Below, piece by piece: positions 38,101-47,000 of a stretch of 64,000 bases of DNA. The notes beneath the pieces are model-generated. The model ran no database searches, was not told the DNA's origin, and was given only the letters and a program-made list of their open reading frames with translations. The stretch's first letter is position 1; each line of letters begins with the position of its first letter. Source of the stretch: Flavobacteriales bacterium (lineage in GTDB: Bacteria > Bacteroidota > Bacteroidia > Flavobacteriales_F > PHOS-HE28). The position numbers and the translations under genes were made by a program. The stretch is taken from positions 626,709 to 690,708 of the forward strand of contig JADJVC010000006.1 of assembly GCA_016710685.1 (NCBI GenBank), written 5' to 3'.

Positions 38101-38962
38101 CGTTCCCGGTTTCGTCGTCATCCGCATAGAGCGGCGATTCCACGTTGTAGGTGAAGCGGTAGGATGTGCCACACGCATTGCTGCTTATGAGCAAATAGTA
38201 AAGCTGTTCATTGCCGCGGCATTCAATTTCCACCGTTTGACTTTCGGCGGTTCCGTTCGCTCCCACTGGAACATTCCAGCTCTGCAAAAAGGAGCCGTTT
38301 ATATTGTACAGGTTCAAATCTGCGGTGGATGCAGTAGGTCCTGCGTTTTCCGCCGACCAGTTGATCAGTAGTTTTCCATCATCAGCCAGCACGAGGCGGT
38401 AGTAGTCTGAATTATCGCCGTATGCGAAGTTGATGGTGCCGTCGTTGTTGCCGGCGCTTGCGGTATCCGAAGTGCTAAGGGTGCTGTTGGGTTCCGCATC
38501 ATCCGCATACACGGGTGCCAGCATTTGGTAACTCAAACTGTACTGCGTGCAGTCGTTGCTGGAAGGGTTTACTAAGGAAATGTAGTAGATGCCTTCCCCG
38601 GCACAAAGCAGTGTATTGCTGCTCGCTACAGGTATTCCGCTGGCACCAGCGGCAAACGTGAATGCGGAAACGAAAGATCCGTTCACATTGTAGATGTTGG
38701 CCGTTACGGGAAGGCCCGTTGCACCGGAAGTGGAAATGGACATGTTCAACTGCATCCTTCCGCGGAAAGGTGTAGTGACCTTGAAGTAATCGCCCGAATT
38801 GTCAGGCACCGTGCAGGGACCCATGGAACCGCTTATCGCGGTGTTGTGGGCCAGTGTGTTGGCTTGACCGGTTGAATTGTTCGGCTCGGTTTCCGTTTGC
38901 GCCGTGCCAGCAAAAGGAAGCGCCAAGAGGAAGGCCAGCATCAGGGGTTTACATCTGCGCAT
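35175..38962 (-). CDS. Adhesin gene 3: five PPC-like domains, Cys/Asp-rich TSP3-like repeats, a paralog of the shared C-terminal module and a T9SS CTD (1-nt frameshift in the CTD)
   Basis: Met 38962 gives MRRCKPLMLAFLLALPFAGTAQ. PPC-type units (EPNN..GDYFK/DYYRL...) are followed by DADGDGTCDADDLC..NGPEPGTSCDDGN repeats. The segment ..TTWEIRTANE...RVFDANGDGI.. plus ..ASQYQFWVFDP.. parallels gene 1/2 cassette motifs ISWEIKDAAN...LTDSFGDGI and ATQYEFQFLDP. Adding one base to C-run 35243-35246 gives the CTD end ..LDLGSIATGVYMLRITAGNKTFESRVLVANE*. The ORF track shows 35123..39082. Confidence 0.8.
35957..36760 (-). repeat. 264-nt (88-aa) tandem coding repeats inside adhesin gene 3 (about 3 copies, the last partial)
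   Basis: The landmark ATCCGCATC(G/C)GCGAA(G/C)GTGCC recurs at 36221 and 36485, and a shorter ATCCGCATCC version occurs at 36749, giving a 264-nt period. The protein unit is FADADGDGTCDADDLCANGPEPGTSCDDGNS..CQCAGT. Confidence 0.8.
37160..38740 (-). repeat. About 396-nt (132-aa) tandem coding repeats (PPC-like units) inside adhesin gene 3; the two central copies are nearly identical at DNA level
   Basis: GGATGTTCGGCCTTGGTATGGATGTTCAA occurs at 37553 and 37949 with long near-identical flanks. The outer boundaries given are approximate. Confidence 0.75.
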
Positions 38963-39161
38963 TGTGTTGGGGGTTTTTGGGTGTGAAAACAAAAGGACTG
39001 TTTCTACTTGCCAAGCGCAATCCCACATTCGGGGGATGAATGCCGATATGGAATTGATGAACATGTGGTTTGTGAGGCTCAATGGCAGTTGGAAAAACCT
39101 TCGGTGATATGCTCATAGAGAAATGATATGGCTTCTTTTTCATGCGGAAATTGCAAGTGGC

Positions 39162-39599
39162 TCAGGCCGCCACTAAACCTTCATTGATCGCCTTCGCCAC
39201 GGCGGCAGTGCTGTTGTGTACCTGCATCTTTTGATAGATCACCTTCATGTGGCTGCGCACGGTCTCGAAGCTTATCTGCAGCTCCGCAGCGATCATCTTG
39301 TAGCTCAGGCCGTCCACCAAGGCGCGCAGCACGTCCAGCTCGCGCGGACTGAGCCGATGATCTTTGGCTTTTGCGCATTCCGGGCGCAACTGCACAGTGA
39401 CGCGGCGGGCATGAATTGATGGTCGGCGTCCGTTCCGCAGATCCTCCACGGTGCGCATCAACTCGGTTTCATTTTCGCCATGAAGAATGTATCCGACGGT
39501 GCCGGCGTTCAACCGGTCGTCCGTGAGTTCTTCATCTCCTAGAACGGCAACGACCACAAGCATGCGTTGTGCGTTACCTGGATTTGTGGAATGGTCCAT
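39162..39599 (-). CDS. LuxR/GerE-type HTH regulator with only the C-terminal half of a receiver domain (truncated NarL/FixJ-like response regulator)
   Basis: C-terminal LSPRELDVLRALVDGLSYKMIAAELQISFETVRSHMKVIYQKMQV is a GerE HTH. The N-terminus starts at the equivalent of REC beta-4/alpha-4 (..MLVVVAVLGDEE...AGTVGYILHG..), so the phospho-acceptor Asp region is absent. Confidence 0.75.
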   Translation of the reverse strand: MDHSTNPGNAQRMLVVVAVLGDEELTDDRLNAGTVGYILHGENETELMRTVEDLRNGRRPSIHARRVTVQLRPECAKAKDHRLSPRELDVLRALVDGLSYKMIAAELQISFETVRSHMKVIYQKMQVHNSTAAVAKAINEGLVAA

Positions 39600-39618
39600 A
39601 ACAGTGGGCTTTCCTTTT

Positions 39619-39645
39619 CATCGGAGAGCACTGCCGGATGTGAAC
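39619..39645 (-). promoter_or_regulatory. Bipartite motif copy L: GTTCACAT-N14-CGATG upstream of the LuxR-type gene
   Basis: Minus strand: GATCGTTCACATCCGGCAGTGCTCTCCGATG, 19 nt before the ATG at 39599. A near-identical 31-mer lies upstream of beta-helix A. Confidence 0.35.
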
Positions 39646-39681
39646 GATCCCGACCGATCTTTTTAGGGACCGGTCGGGATC
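39646..39681 (-). terminator. Hairpin between beta-helix B and the LuxR-type gene
   Basis: GATCCCGACCG (39646-39656) and CGGTCGGGATC (39671-39681) form an 11-bp perfect stem with a 14-nt loop containing TTTTT. It lies 23 nt downstream of the beta-helix B stop. Confidence 0.45.
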
Positions 39682-39703
39682 GAACGTACAGCTCTAACAC
39701 GCG

Positions 39704-40524
39704 TCAATTCGGCTGCTGCGCCACCCGCACTGTCGCCGGTAGGTTGCCGTCCGCATCCGTGCCGCGTGCAATGTCCACGCGCCGGTAGTGCGGCACATGC
39801 GGCACCCCACCGGGCTTGTAGGAAGGCGATCCTCCGTATAGTCCGATACCGTTCCCGTCTCCCCCGGCCAAGTGTACATCATCGGTGAACTGGTAAGAGC
39901 CGTCCATCTCGTTCACGAAAATTCCCGAAGGGCTTTGGTTCAGGATATTGCCGATGGATGTGGTGTCCTGTGAATTGCTGAAAACTTGGGAGGAGGAGAA
40001 GATGCAGTTGCTCACCGTGGTATTGTTGCTTTGCCAAATCGAACCCCCGCCCTGCTTGGTGAACACACAGTTGGAGATGGTCGCATAATGGCATGCATCG
40101 GTATTTCCGCCCAACACGATGCTGTTCAACAAGCTCAATCCGGAGGGCCGGAACGTGACGATCATTCCACCGGTTCCTGGCGAGTAGTCGAAAATGCATC
40201 GGTTCACCACGCTGGTGCCGCCGTTGCCCCGTAACACACCATGGAAGATGCATTCCGTAAACGAGCTGGAAGAGTTGGGTCCGGGTGCATACCCGCGCCC
40301 ACAAAGTGCAGGGGCTTGTCCAACGCGAAGCCGCCCGGCACTAGGAACGAGCCACCACTAAGGGTGATGTTGCTGTTGGCAGGCGCGGCTGTGATCGCGG
40401 CGTTCAGGTCGGTGAACACCTGCGGCGCCGTGATGCCGTCCACCACGATGCGGGGCAGTTGCGCCGAGACGGAAGTGGACAAAGCAAAACTCGCGGCGAT
40501 CGAAAGGAGTGTGAAGGTTCTCAT
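39704..40524 (-). pseudogene. Right-handed beta-helix repeat protein B (secreted), one frameshift (ORFs 40204..40524 and 39704..40237)
   Basis: Signal peptide MRTFTLLSIAASFALSTSVSAQ, followed by LPRIVVDG..QVFTDLNAAITAA..LSGGSF..DKPLHFVGAG. This parallels beta-helix A. The break is at G-run 40277-40279, and restoring it gives ..HPDPNSSSSFTECIFHGVLRGNGG... Its ATG overlaps the stop of the upstream gene (ATGA). Confidence 0.75.
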
Positions 40525-41492
40525 TGCTTGATGAATGGAATGTTGACGGCGTGACCCGTGGATGAAATGCGGATGGTGTAAGGCCCGGTGGCCAGCGGTG
40601 AGGTGTCCCAGCTTTTATCGTCAAGACCTTGAACACTCCAATTGATGGGCGCCGCAACTACGCGGCCTGTGGCGTCCAAAATGCTTACCTCGAAAGCGGA
40701 GGCTGTGCGTGCATCCAAGCGCAAGGTCAATTGGTCCTGCGCCGGATTCGGGAAGACCAACAAGCTGTTCACACCCGGAAGTTCTTCTATTCCGACATAC
40801 ACGGAAACGGTCGTCGTTATGGGAACGCTCCAACCTTCAGCTTCGTCATGGAATCGGATGGTGAACGTGTGCTCGCCAGCAGGTGTGTTCAGCGGCAGGT
40901 CGCTGATCAGATCAACTGTTGCTGCAGGTCCGATCGAATTCATAATGCGATCCGCTACTTGGTCGTCGATCCAATACTCGTAGCCGGTGATCTGGCCACC
41001 ACCGCGCGTGATCACAGTAGTGTAGGGCGTACTCCATTCGCCGCGTTCGTCTTTGCCGCGCATGGTCACATGGTGCAGGCCCAAGGGCAATGTGCCGGCA
41101 TTCAGAGTAGCGCTCAGGTCCAAGTTTGCATTCGGTGTTACAGGTAGTTGCAACGGGCTTGCCGCTGCATCATCGAACCAGTATTGCAACGCGGTCAACT
41201 TGCCGCCTTTCTGGCTAAAAACGCTGGTATACGGCGAGGACCAATGGGCATCGGCGTCCTTGAACTGAACGGTCACCATATGATAGCCGACAGGAAGTGC
41301 AGCGCTGTTGAAGCTGATCACGGTGTTCACTTCCGGCGTGGCTGTAACGGGGACGTTCACGCGGTTCGCGATATCGTCATCGAACCAATAGCGGTACGCG
41401 GTGATGTTCTGCCCGTCCACACTTGTGGTCAACAGCGCGACGATCGCCGGAAGCAATGCTGACCGAAGGGAAAGATGTAGGAGGTTCCGCAT
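40521..41492 (-). CDS. Tandem-repeat protein TR1 (three ~75-aa repeats) with T9SS C-terminal sorting domain
   Basis: Signal peptide MRNLLHLSLRSALLPAIVALLTTSVDGQ. The repeats begin YRYWFDDD, LQYWFDDA and YEYWIDDQ, and each ends ..G.H.(V/F)T..(F/G/H).D..(A/G).WS.P(Y/I)T(S/T)V. The CTD is ..LLVFPNPAQDQLTLRL...GPYTIRISSTGHAVNIPFIKQ. Confidence 0.75.
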   Translation of the reverse strand: MRNLLHLSLRSALLPAIVALLTTSVDGQNITAYRYWFDDDIANRVNVPVTATPEVNTVISFNSAALPVGYHMVTVQFKDADAHWSSPYTSVFSQKGGKLTALQYWFDDAAASPLQLPVTPNANLDLSATLNAGTLPLGLHHVTMRGKDERGEWSTPYTTVITRGGGQITGYEYWIDDQVADRIMNSIGPAATVDLISDLPLNTPAGEHTFTIRFHDEAEGWSVPITTTVSVYVGIEELPGVNSLLVFPNPAQDQLTLRLDARTASAFEVSILDATGRVVAAPINWSVQGLDDKSWDTSPLATGPYTIRISSTGHAVNIPFIKQ

Positions 41493-41495
41493 TGC

Positions 41496-42544
41496 TTATT
41501 GGGGTTGGGCCGCCATGCGGATGTTCACAGGAAGTTCGCCGCTGGCGTTCGTGGCGCTATTGATCGTGGCCGCTTGGTAGTGCGGGTTGTAGGAACCGCA
41601 CCGCTCTTCAGTGGTGATCCAGTGCCGTATACTCCGATGTCCGTGCCGTCATTCCCGGCACCCACTCCAGGGCTGGTAGGGGCCAAGTGCAGGTCATCGT
41701 CGAAGCTGTAGTTGCCGTCGGTTTCGTTCACGAAAATGGAACCTGCTGCCTGGCCGTATATGTTGTTCGATTCCTGGTTCGTAGTGCCGGAGTTGCTGAA
41801 CATATCGGCTCCTGTGATCAGGCAATTGCTGATCTGCACACCGCTCACTTGCCAAAGCGGAGCACCGTTAAACGTGAACACACAGTTCTGCACGATAGCA
41901 TTTGCGGAGTTCTGGAGCCGTGCGCCAAGACTGGTGCTGTTCCGAATGATCAAGCCCGATGGGCGGAAAAGGCTCAAGATCGCCCCGTCCAATATGCTGT
42001 TCGTAATAACGGCAGTGCCCGCCATGCCGGTGATCGTACCTCGGAAGATGCATTCATTGAATGAGCTGCTCGAAGAAGCACCCTCCACAAAACCCAAATA
42101 GAGTGGATCGTCAAATGCACAACGCTGGAAGATCAGATCCTTAGGGTCATCATCGGTCGCACCGGTTCCATACTGAACGTCACCATCAGGGTTGAAGTTG
42201 ATTCCCGTGAACGTACTGCCACTGGCGGCAGTGGTGATGGTGATCTCCGTGCTGCTGCTGGTGCTCCATGTCGTTGTGCCTGTTACGCTTGCACTGTCCG
42301 GGTGGATGCCCGCACCAATGATGTGAAGTGGTTTATCCACGGTTATGCCTAGTGGTGCAGAGAAGGTGCCGCCACTGAAGTAGAGCTTATCGTTGGGCTG
42401 GGCAGCGGTAAGTGCCTCCGTAATGTCGGTAAACACCTGCGGCCCACCACTGCCCTGCAAAACGATGCGCGGCAATTGGGCGTGCAGGCTGCCCGCGACC
42501 AAAATGGCCGAGAAGAAAAGGACGAGTGTTCGTGTACGCATCAT
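41496..42544 (-). pseudogene. Right-handed beta-helix repeat protein A (secreted), one frameshift near the 3' end
   Basis: MMRTRTLVLFFSAILVAGSLHAQLPRIVLQG.. is followed by repeated hydrophobic-x-N/G beta-helix rungs (..IFQRCAFDD.., ..FNECIFRG.., ..VQNCVFTF.., ..ISNCLITG..). Adding one base at 41592-41593 gives ..GAVPYNPHYQAATINSATNASGELPVNIRMAAQPQ*, with a stop at 41496, 3 nt before the TR1 ATG. This C-terminus parallels that of beta-helix B (..VRVAQQPN*). The ORF track shows 41525..42793. Confidence 0.75.
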
Positions 42545-42572
42545 CACAAGGATTTTGTTGGTTTTGACGGTA

Positions 42573-42599
42573 CATCGGGGAGCCTTTCCGGATGTGAAC
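42573..42599 (-). promoter_or_regulatory. Bipartite motif copy A: GTTCACAT-N14-CGATG upstream of beta-helix A
   Basis: Minus strand: GATCGTTCACATCCGGAAAGGCTCCCCGATG, 28 nt before the ATGATG at 42544. Confidence 0.35.
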
Positions 42600-42643
42600 G
42601 ATCGCCATGGGAATTCCCACTTCAACCTTTTCGCATATCGGCT

Positions 42644-42669
42644 GTTCACATTTGCCGCGATCTTCGATA
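42644..42669 (+). promoter_or_regulatory. Bipartite motif copy S: GTTCACAT-N13-CGATA on the plus strand upstream of the ECF sigma gene
   Basis: GTTCACATTTGCCGCGATCTTCGATAG lies ~80 nt upstream of the GTG start at 42747. It is in inverted orientation relative to copy A in the same divergent intergenic region. Confidence 0.3.
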
Positions 42670-42746
42670 GTGGGGTGAAAACGGTCGCCATCCGGCCGTT
42701 CACTGAACATCTGTTATGGACATAGAACCCTATTCTCCGTATTATC

Positions 42747-43355
42747 GTGGCCAAGACCTCCATTCCCGTGGAAAGGCCAGCGATATCCCACACCCATTCA
42801 CCGCCAAATTGGGTGAACGGTTTGTTGCGGAACGATGCGGCCGTGGTACGGTCACTGTATGCGACCCACTATCCCGCAGTACGGCAGTACGTCCTGAAGA
42901 ACAGCGGTACGGCAAACGATGCGCAGGACGTGTTTCAGGAAGCGGTCACGGTGTTGTGGTTGCAGGTGAAGGACGGCCGCTTCAATGCGAACGCGGAACC
43001 CGACCCCGGTGGCTTCCTCTTTCGGGTCGCGAAATTCAAATGGCTGGACGTTGTACGTTCGGCCGCACATCGCAACATGAGGGTGCTGCATGATGCCGGA
43101 GCCCATGTCCCCGAGGAAGAGCGGGACCACGAGTTGGAGGATCGCATCCTTCGCCTACGCGAGGTATATGCCAAGCTCGATGATAAGTGCCGGCAAGTGC
43201 TGGACCAGTTTTACTTCGAGCGGAAAGACCTCGCCAGCATCGCCGCCAGAATGGGTGTTGAAGAAGAAAGTATCCGCACCATCAAGTACCGTTGCATGAT
43301 GAAGTTGAGAGCATTCCGCCAGGCCATAAGCGGTGAAGACAGGAAAGAGAAATGA
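42747..43355 (+). CDS. ECF-type RNA polymerase sigma-70 family factor
   Basis: Region 2 (..ANDAQDVFQEAVTVLWLQV..) and region 4 HTH (..CRQVLDQFYFERKDLASIAARMGVEEESIRTIKYRCMMKLR..). GTG start. Confidence 0.85.
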   Translation: MAKTSIPVERPAISHTHSPPNWVNGLLRNDAAVVRSLYATHYPAVRQYVLKNSGTANDAQDVFQEAVTVLWLQVKDGRFNANAEPDPGGFLFRVAKFKWLDVVRSAAHRNMRVLHDAGAHVPEEERDHELEDRILRLREVYAKLDDKCRQVLDQFYFERKDLASIAARMGVEEESIRTIKYRCMMKLRAFRQAISGEDRKEK

Positions 43356-44086
43356 GCGAAGCTGCATTGCATAAGGACCGGTTCGAGGCGATTGAGGCAT
43401 TCCTCTTGGGCACCATGGGGCCCAAAGAGCGCCAACGCTTCGAGCAGGAGATGGCTGCCGATGCCGCGTTGTTGGAAGAAGTGGTGTTGCAGCGCGAGAA
43501 CACGCTGGCGGTGGAGATGGCCGGCATCTCGCGCACCCTGATGGCCGTGCGTGACGAACACCACGAAGCGGACAATTCTTCCAGCGACGGAAATTGGACC
43601 ACCTACCTGAAATATGCCGCCATGGTGGCGGTGCTGATCCTTGGCGCGGCCTGGTGGTTCGCAAGACCCGCCGAGAACGAGCGTCTTTTCGCCGAATACT
43701 ACGTGGAAGATCCCGGCTTGCCCGTGCCCATGAGCGCGGTGAATGACCCCGTGTTCCAGGACGCCATGGTGGCCTACAAACTGGGCGACTACGCCGAAGC
43801 GCGCACCAAATGGGGCAACTTGCTGCAAGCGGAACCGGCCAACGACACGCTGCGCTTTTATATCGCCAATGCGTACCTCGCGGAAGGCGACGCAAAAGCC
43901 GCGATCCCGCTGTACGAAGCCGTTGCTGATGAGCCTGCATCGGCATTTCATGTCAAAGCCCGTTGGTACATCTTTCTTGCATATTTGCACGAAGGCCGCT
44001 TGAACGAACTTCCCGATTCCACGCTAACGAACGATCCCGTTTACGGTGAACGTGTGCGCGTGATCCGGTCCAAGCTCCATCCGTGA
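43352..44086 (+). CDS. Anti-sigma-like membrane protein with extracytoplasmic TPR region
   Basis: The start overlaps the sigma stop (ATGA). The N-terminal ~50 aa (..FEAIEAFLLGTMGPKERQRFEQEMAADAALLEEV..) is followed by one TM helix (YLKYAAMVAVLILGAAWWFA) and then TPR-like helices. Confidence 0.7.
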   Translation: MSEAALHKDRFEAIEAFLLGTMGPKERQRFEQEMAADAALLEEVVLQRENTLAVEMAGISRTLMAVRDEHHEADNSSSDGNWTTYLKYAAMVAVLILGAAWWFARPAENERLFAEYYVEDPGLPVPMSAVNDPVFQDAMVAYKLGDYAEARTKWGNLLQAEPANDTLRFYIANAYLAEGDAKAAIPLYEAVADEPASAFHVKARWYIFLAYLHEGRLNELPDSTLTNDPVYGERVRVIRSKLHP

Positions 44087-47000
44087 TGCGCGCATTCCTG
44101 CCCCTGCTTGCGTTTTGCGCTTCAATGGGAGTGGGTGCACAGGATCTTGCCCTTCGCCATGCGCGTATCGATACGGCTTACAAGGCGGAGCAATACGCTG
44201 AAGTGACACGCTTGATCGACCTGCAACTGAAGGAAGCGCCGGGAACGCCATGGGAGGATTCGCTCCACTTGTACGTCTACAAATATGGCAGGGCGGTCCG
44301 CAAGCTGAAGGACGCGGATGCCGGCGTGGCGGCCGCAGAACGGGTTGTCGCATTGGTGAAGCAACGCGGAGATCCCCAACATGAACTCGACGCGCTTTTC
44401 GATCTGAGCTGGAACTACTACGAAGTAGGCCGGATGAAGGAAAGCCTGCGCGTGGATTCCACTGCGGTGCAAGTGGCGGAAGGCTCGCCGCAAATTCCGC
44501 TTTCGGAACGCGGGCGTGCATGTCAGTACGTGGCGTTTGATCATTCCGTGCTCGGCGATCATGCCAGCTCCGCGAAGTACGCGTTGAAAGCGTTGGCGGC
44601 TTACGAAAAGGCGGACTCGATCGCGCCCACGCAATGGTCCGAATCGTATAACGCAGTGGGCACCTCGTACTTGCACATGGGCAAGGTTTCCGAAGCGGGA
44701 CGTTACCTCGAAAAAGCATTGGAAGCCTTGGGCGACGGCACCTCTGAAGCTGTGCGTACGCGCAAAGCAGCTACCTGCGGAAACCTCGGCGTGCTGTGGC
44801 AAAATGCCGGGGATTATGCACGTGGAAAGCGCTATTACTACGAAGGACTCGCCATTCTGGACAAGCTCATTGCGGACACGCAAGACCCCGCCATGAAGGA
44901 CGAGGCCATTGTGAACCGCTCGCGCAGTTATGTAAATCTCGCAACCGTTTACCACCAGTACGGCGACGAAGGCCGCGCGCGGGAATTGCTCCAATTGGCC
45001 TGGAACGATCGAAGCCAAGTGCTGGAAGCCGACGACCCGCAACTGTTGGCGGTACGAGAGCGCATGGCCGACGTGGAGATCGCCGCCGGCAATTTCAGCG
45101 AAGCGGAAAAGCTCACCCATGCCTACTTGGATGCGTGCGAGCGGAAATTCGGGAAAGAGAGCGAGGAATTCATCCGCACCTGTTCCAAGCTGGGCGACAT
45201 CGCACTGCGCATGGGGAATTCCGCCAAAGCCGATTCACTTTTCAGCGCAAGCATCGCCGCGAGCCGCTTGAACGCGGACGCGAACAGCAACAATATCCTC
45301 GCCACCACTCTGCAGACGCGCGCCCGCATGAATCAGGATGCGGGCCGGCAGGAACAAGCGATGAACGATCTGGCACAGGCCCGGAAGATCCTGGTGGACG
45401 TGAACGGACCAACGAATTACCGCGTGGCAGGTTGTGATGTGTTGCGGGCGGAAGCGGCTTTTCAGCAGGCTCCTGACTCTGCCTTGGCCTATGCCCACCA
45501 AGCGCTGGCCATGATACAGGACCGCGTAGCATCGCTTAACGCCACCAATGCTCCACAAACGTTCAACGATCCGCACATCCTGCCCAGCGCCATCTATTGG
45601 AAAGTGCGCGCTGAAAGGAAGATCGCCGGACCCGGAAAGGTGAAGAAGGAGTGGGATGACGAATTGGAAGTGGCCATCCGAGCGCTGGAACGCAATAAGG
45701 CAGCCGTGCGCGATGAAGCCTCGAAACTGTTGCTTATCGCCGCCCAGAAAAACTTGTTCGACCTCGCCTTGGACGTGGCTTATGACAGCTATGCCGCTTC
45801 TGGATCGGCAGTGGACATGGAGCACTTCATCAATGTATCCGAAGCCAATCGTTCCATCCTGTTGAAGGACAGGCTCAACGGATTCGCGGGCTTGCACTTC
45901 ACAGGCGTGCCCGATTCCATTTTAACGCGTGAACAGGCATTGTACAATGCCTTGGACTTGGACCCCGAAGACCGTGCCGCCGCCACGGACATGGACAAGC
46001 GCGAAAAAGCCTACGCCGATTTTCTCGTCGAGCTGGAACGGAAATATCCGGCATATTTCAACCTGCGGTACGGAGAGCCGCACCTTGCCTTGGCGGCGAT
46101 CCACAAAAAGCTGCTGACGCCCCAACGGCAACTTTTGGGCTATGCACAGTCAGGAGATCACATGTATGCATGGGTTTCCCGACTTGAAGGAGATACCGTG
46201 ATCCGCTTCAGCGATACCGGAATAGGCGAAGCGGTGAAAGCGATGAACACCGCGATCATGGCGCGAAGCACCGAAGGGTATGCAAGTGCCGCTTACAGCG
46301 TGTACCAAAAGGCCTTTGCACCGCTGGAACACCTGCTCACAAAGCCGGAACTGCTCATCATACCCGACGGTCCCGTTGCATACGGTGAACTTTGAGACGC
46401 TGCTCACAAAGCCCGGTGCCAAGGACTTCCGGGACCACTTGTTGCTCCAGCGCTTCGCTGTCGCCTATTTGCTCAGTGCCACCACTGCGGTGCAATTCGC
46501 TGCCATGGCACGGAAAAATTCCAAGGGCGTGCTGGCCATCGCACCCGGCTTTACTGACCAGCTGAAACAGGAATACCTCGCTGGGGTGAAGGACTCCGCG
46601 GTGGTGGATCAAGATTATCTCCGCTTCGTACGCCAACCTTTCGCGGAGCGCACCGCGCAAACCTTGGGGAGCATGCTTTCCGCACAAGTGCTCACAGGCA
46701 AGGCCGCCAGCGAAAAAGGCTTCCGCGAAAAAGCTTCGGAATACGGCATCCTTCATCTCGGCACACATGCGGAAATGAACGCCAGCTCGCCGATGTATTC
46801 AAGGCTCGTGCTCACCAAGGACAGCAGCGCCACCGCGCCCGATGATGACGGGTACTTGCATGCTTACGAGCTCTACGAGCTGGACCTGCGCGCACAACTC
46901 GCCGTGCTCACCGCCTGTTCAACTGGCAGTGGCAAGGAGGATGCCGGTGAAGGCGTCCGCTCCTTGGGTTACGCATTCGCTTATGCCGGATGCCCGAGCT

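Noticed and set aside
35957-38740. CRISPR-like or satellite array suggested by the regular DNA repeats
   Set aside because: The repeat units (264 and 396 nt) are multiples of three. They lie inside one open reading frame and encode recognisable protein domains. There are no short direct repeats with unique spacers and no cas genes.
43155-43990. Two ~260-aa minus-strand ORFs
   Set aside because: They are antisense to the ECF sigma and anti-sigma genes, which have clear family motifs. The antisense translations are Arg/Pro-rich with no domains.
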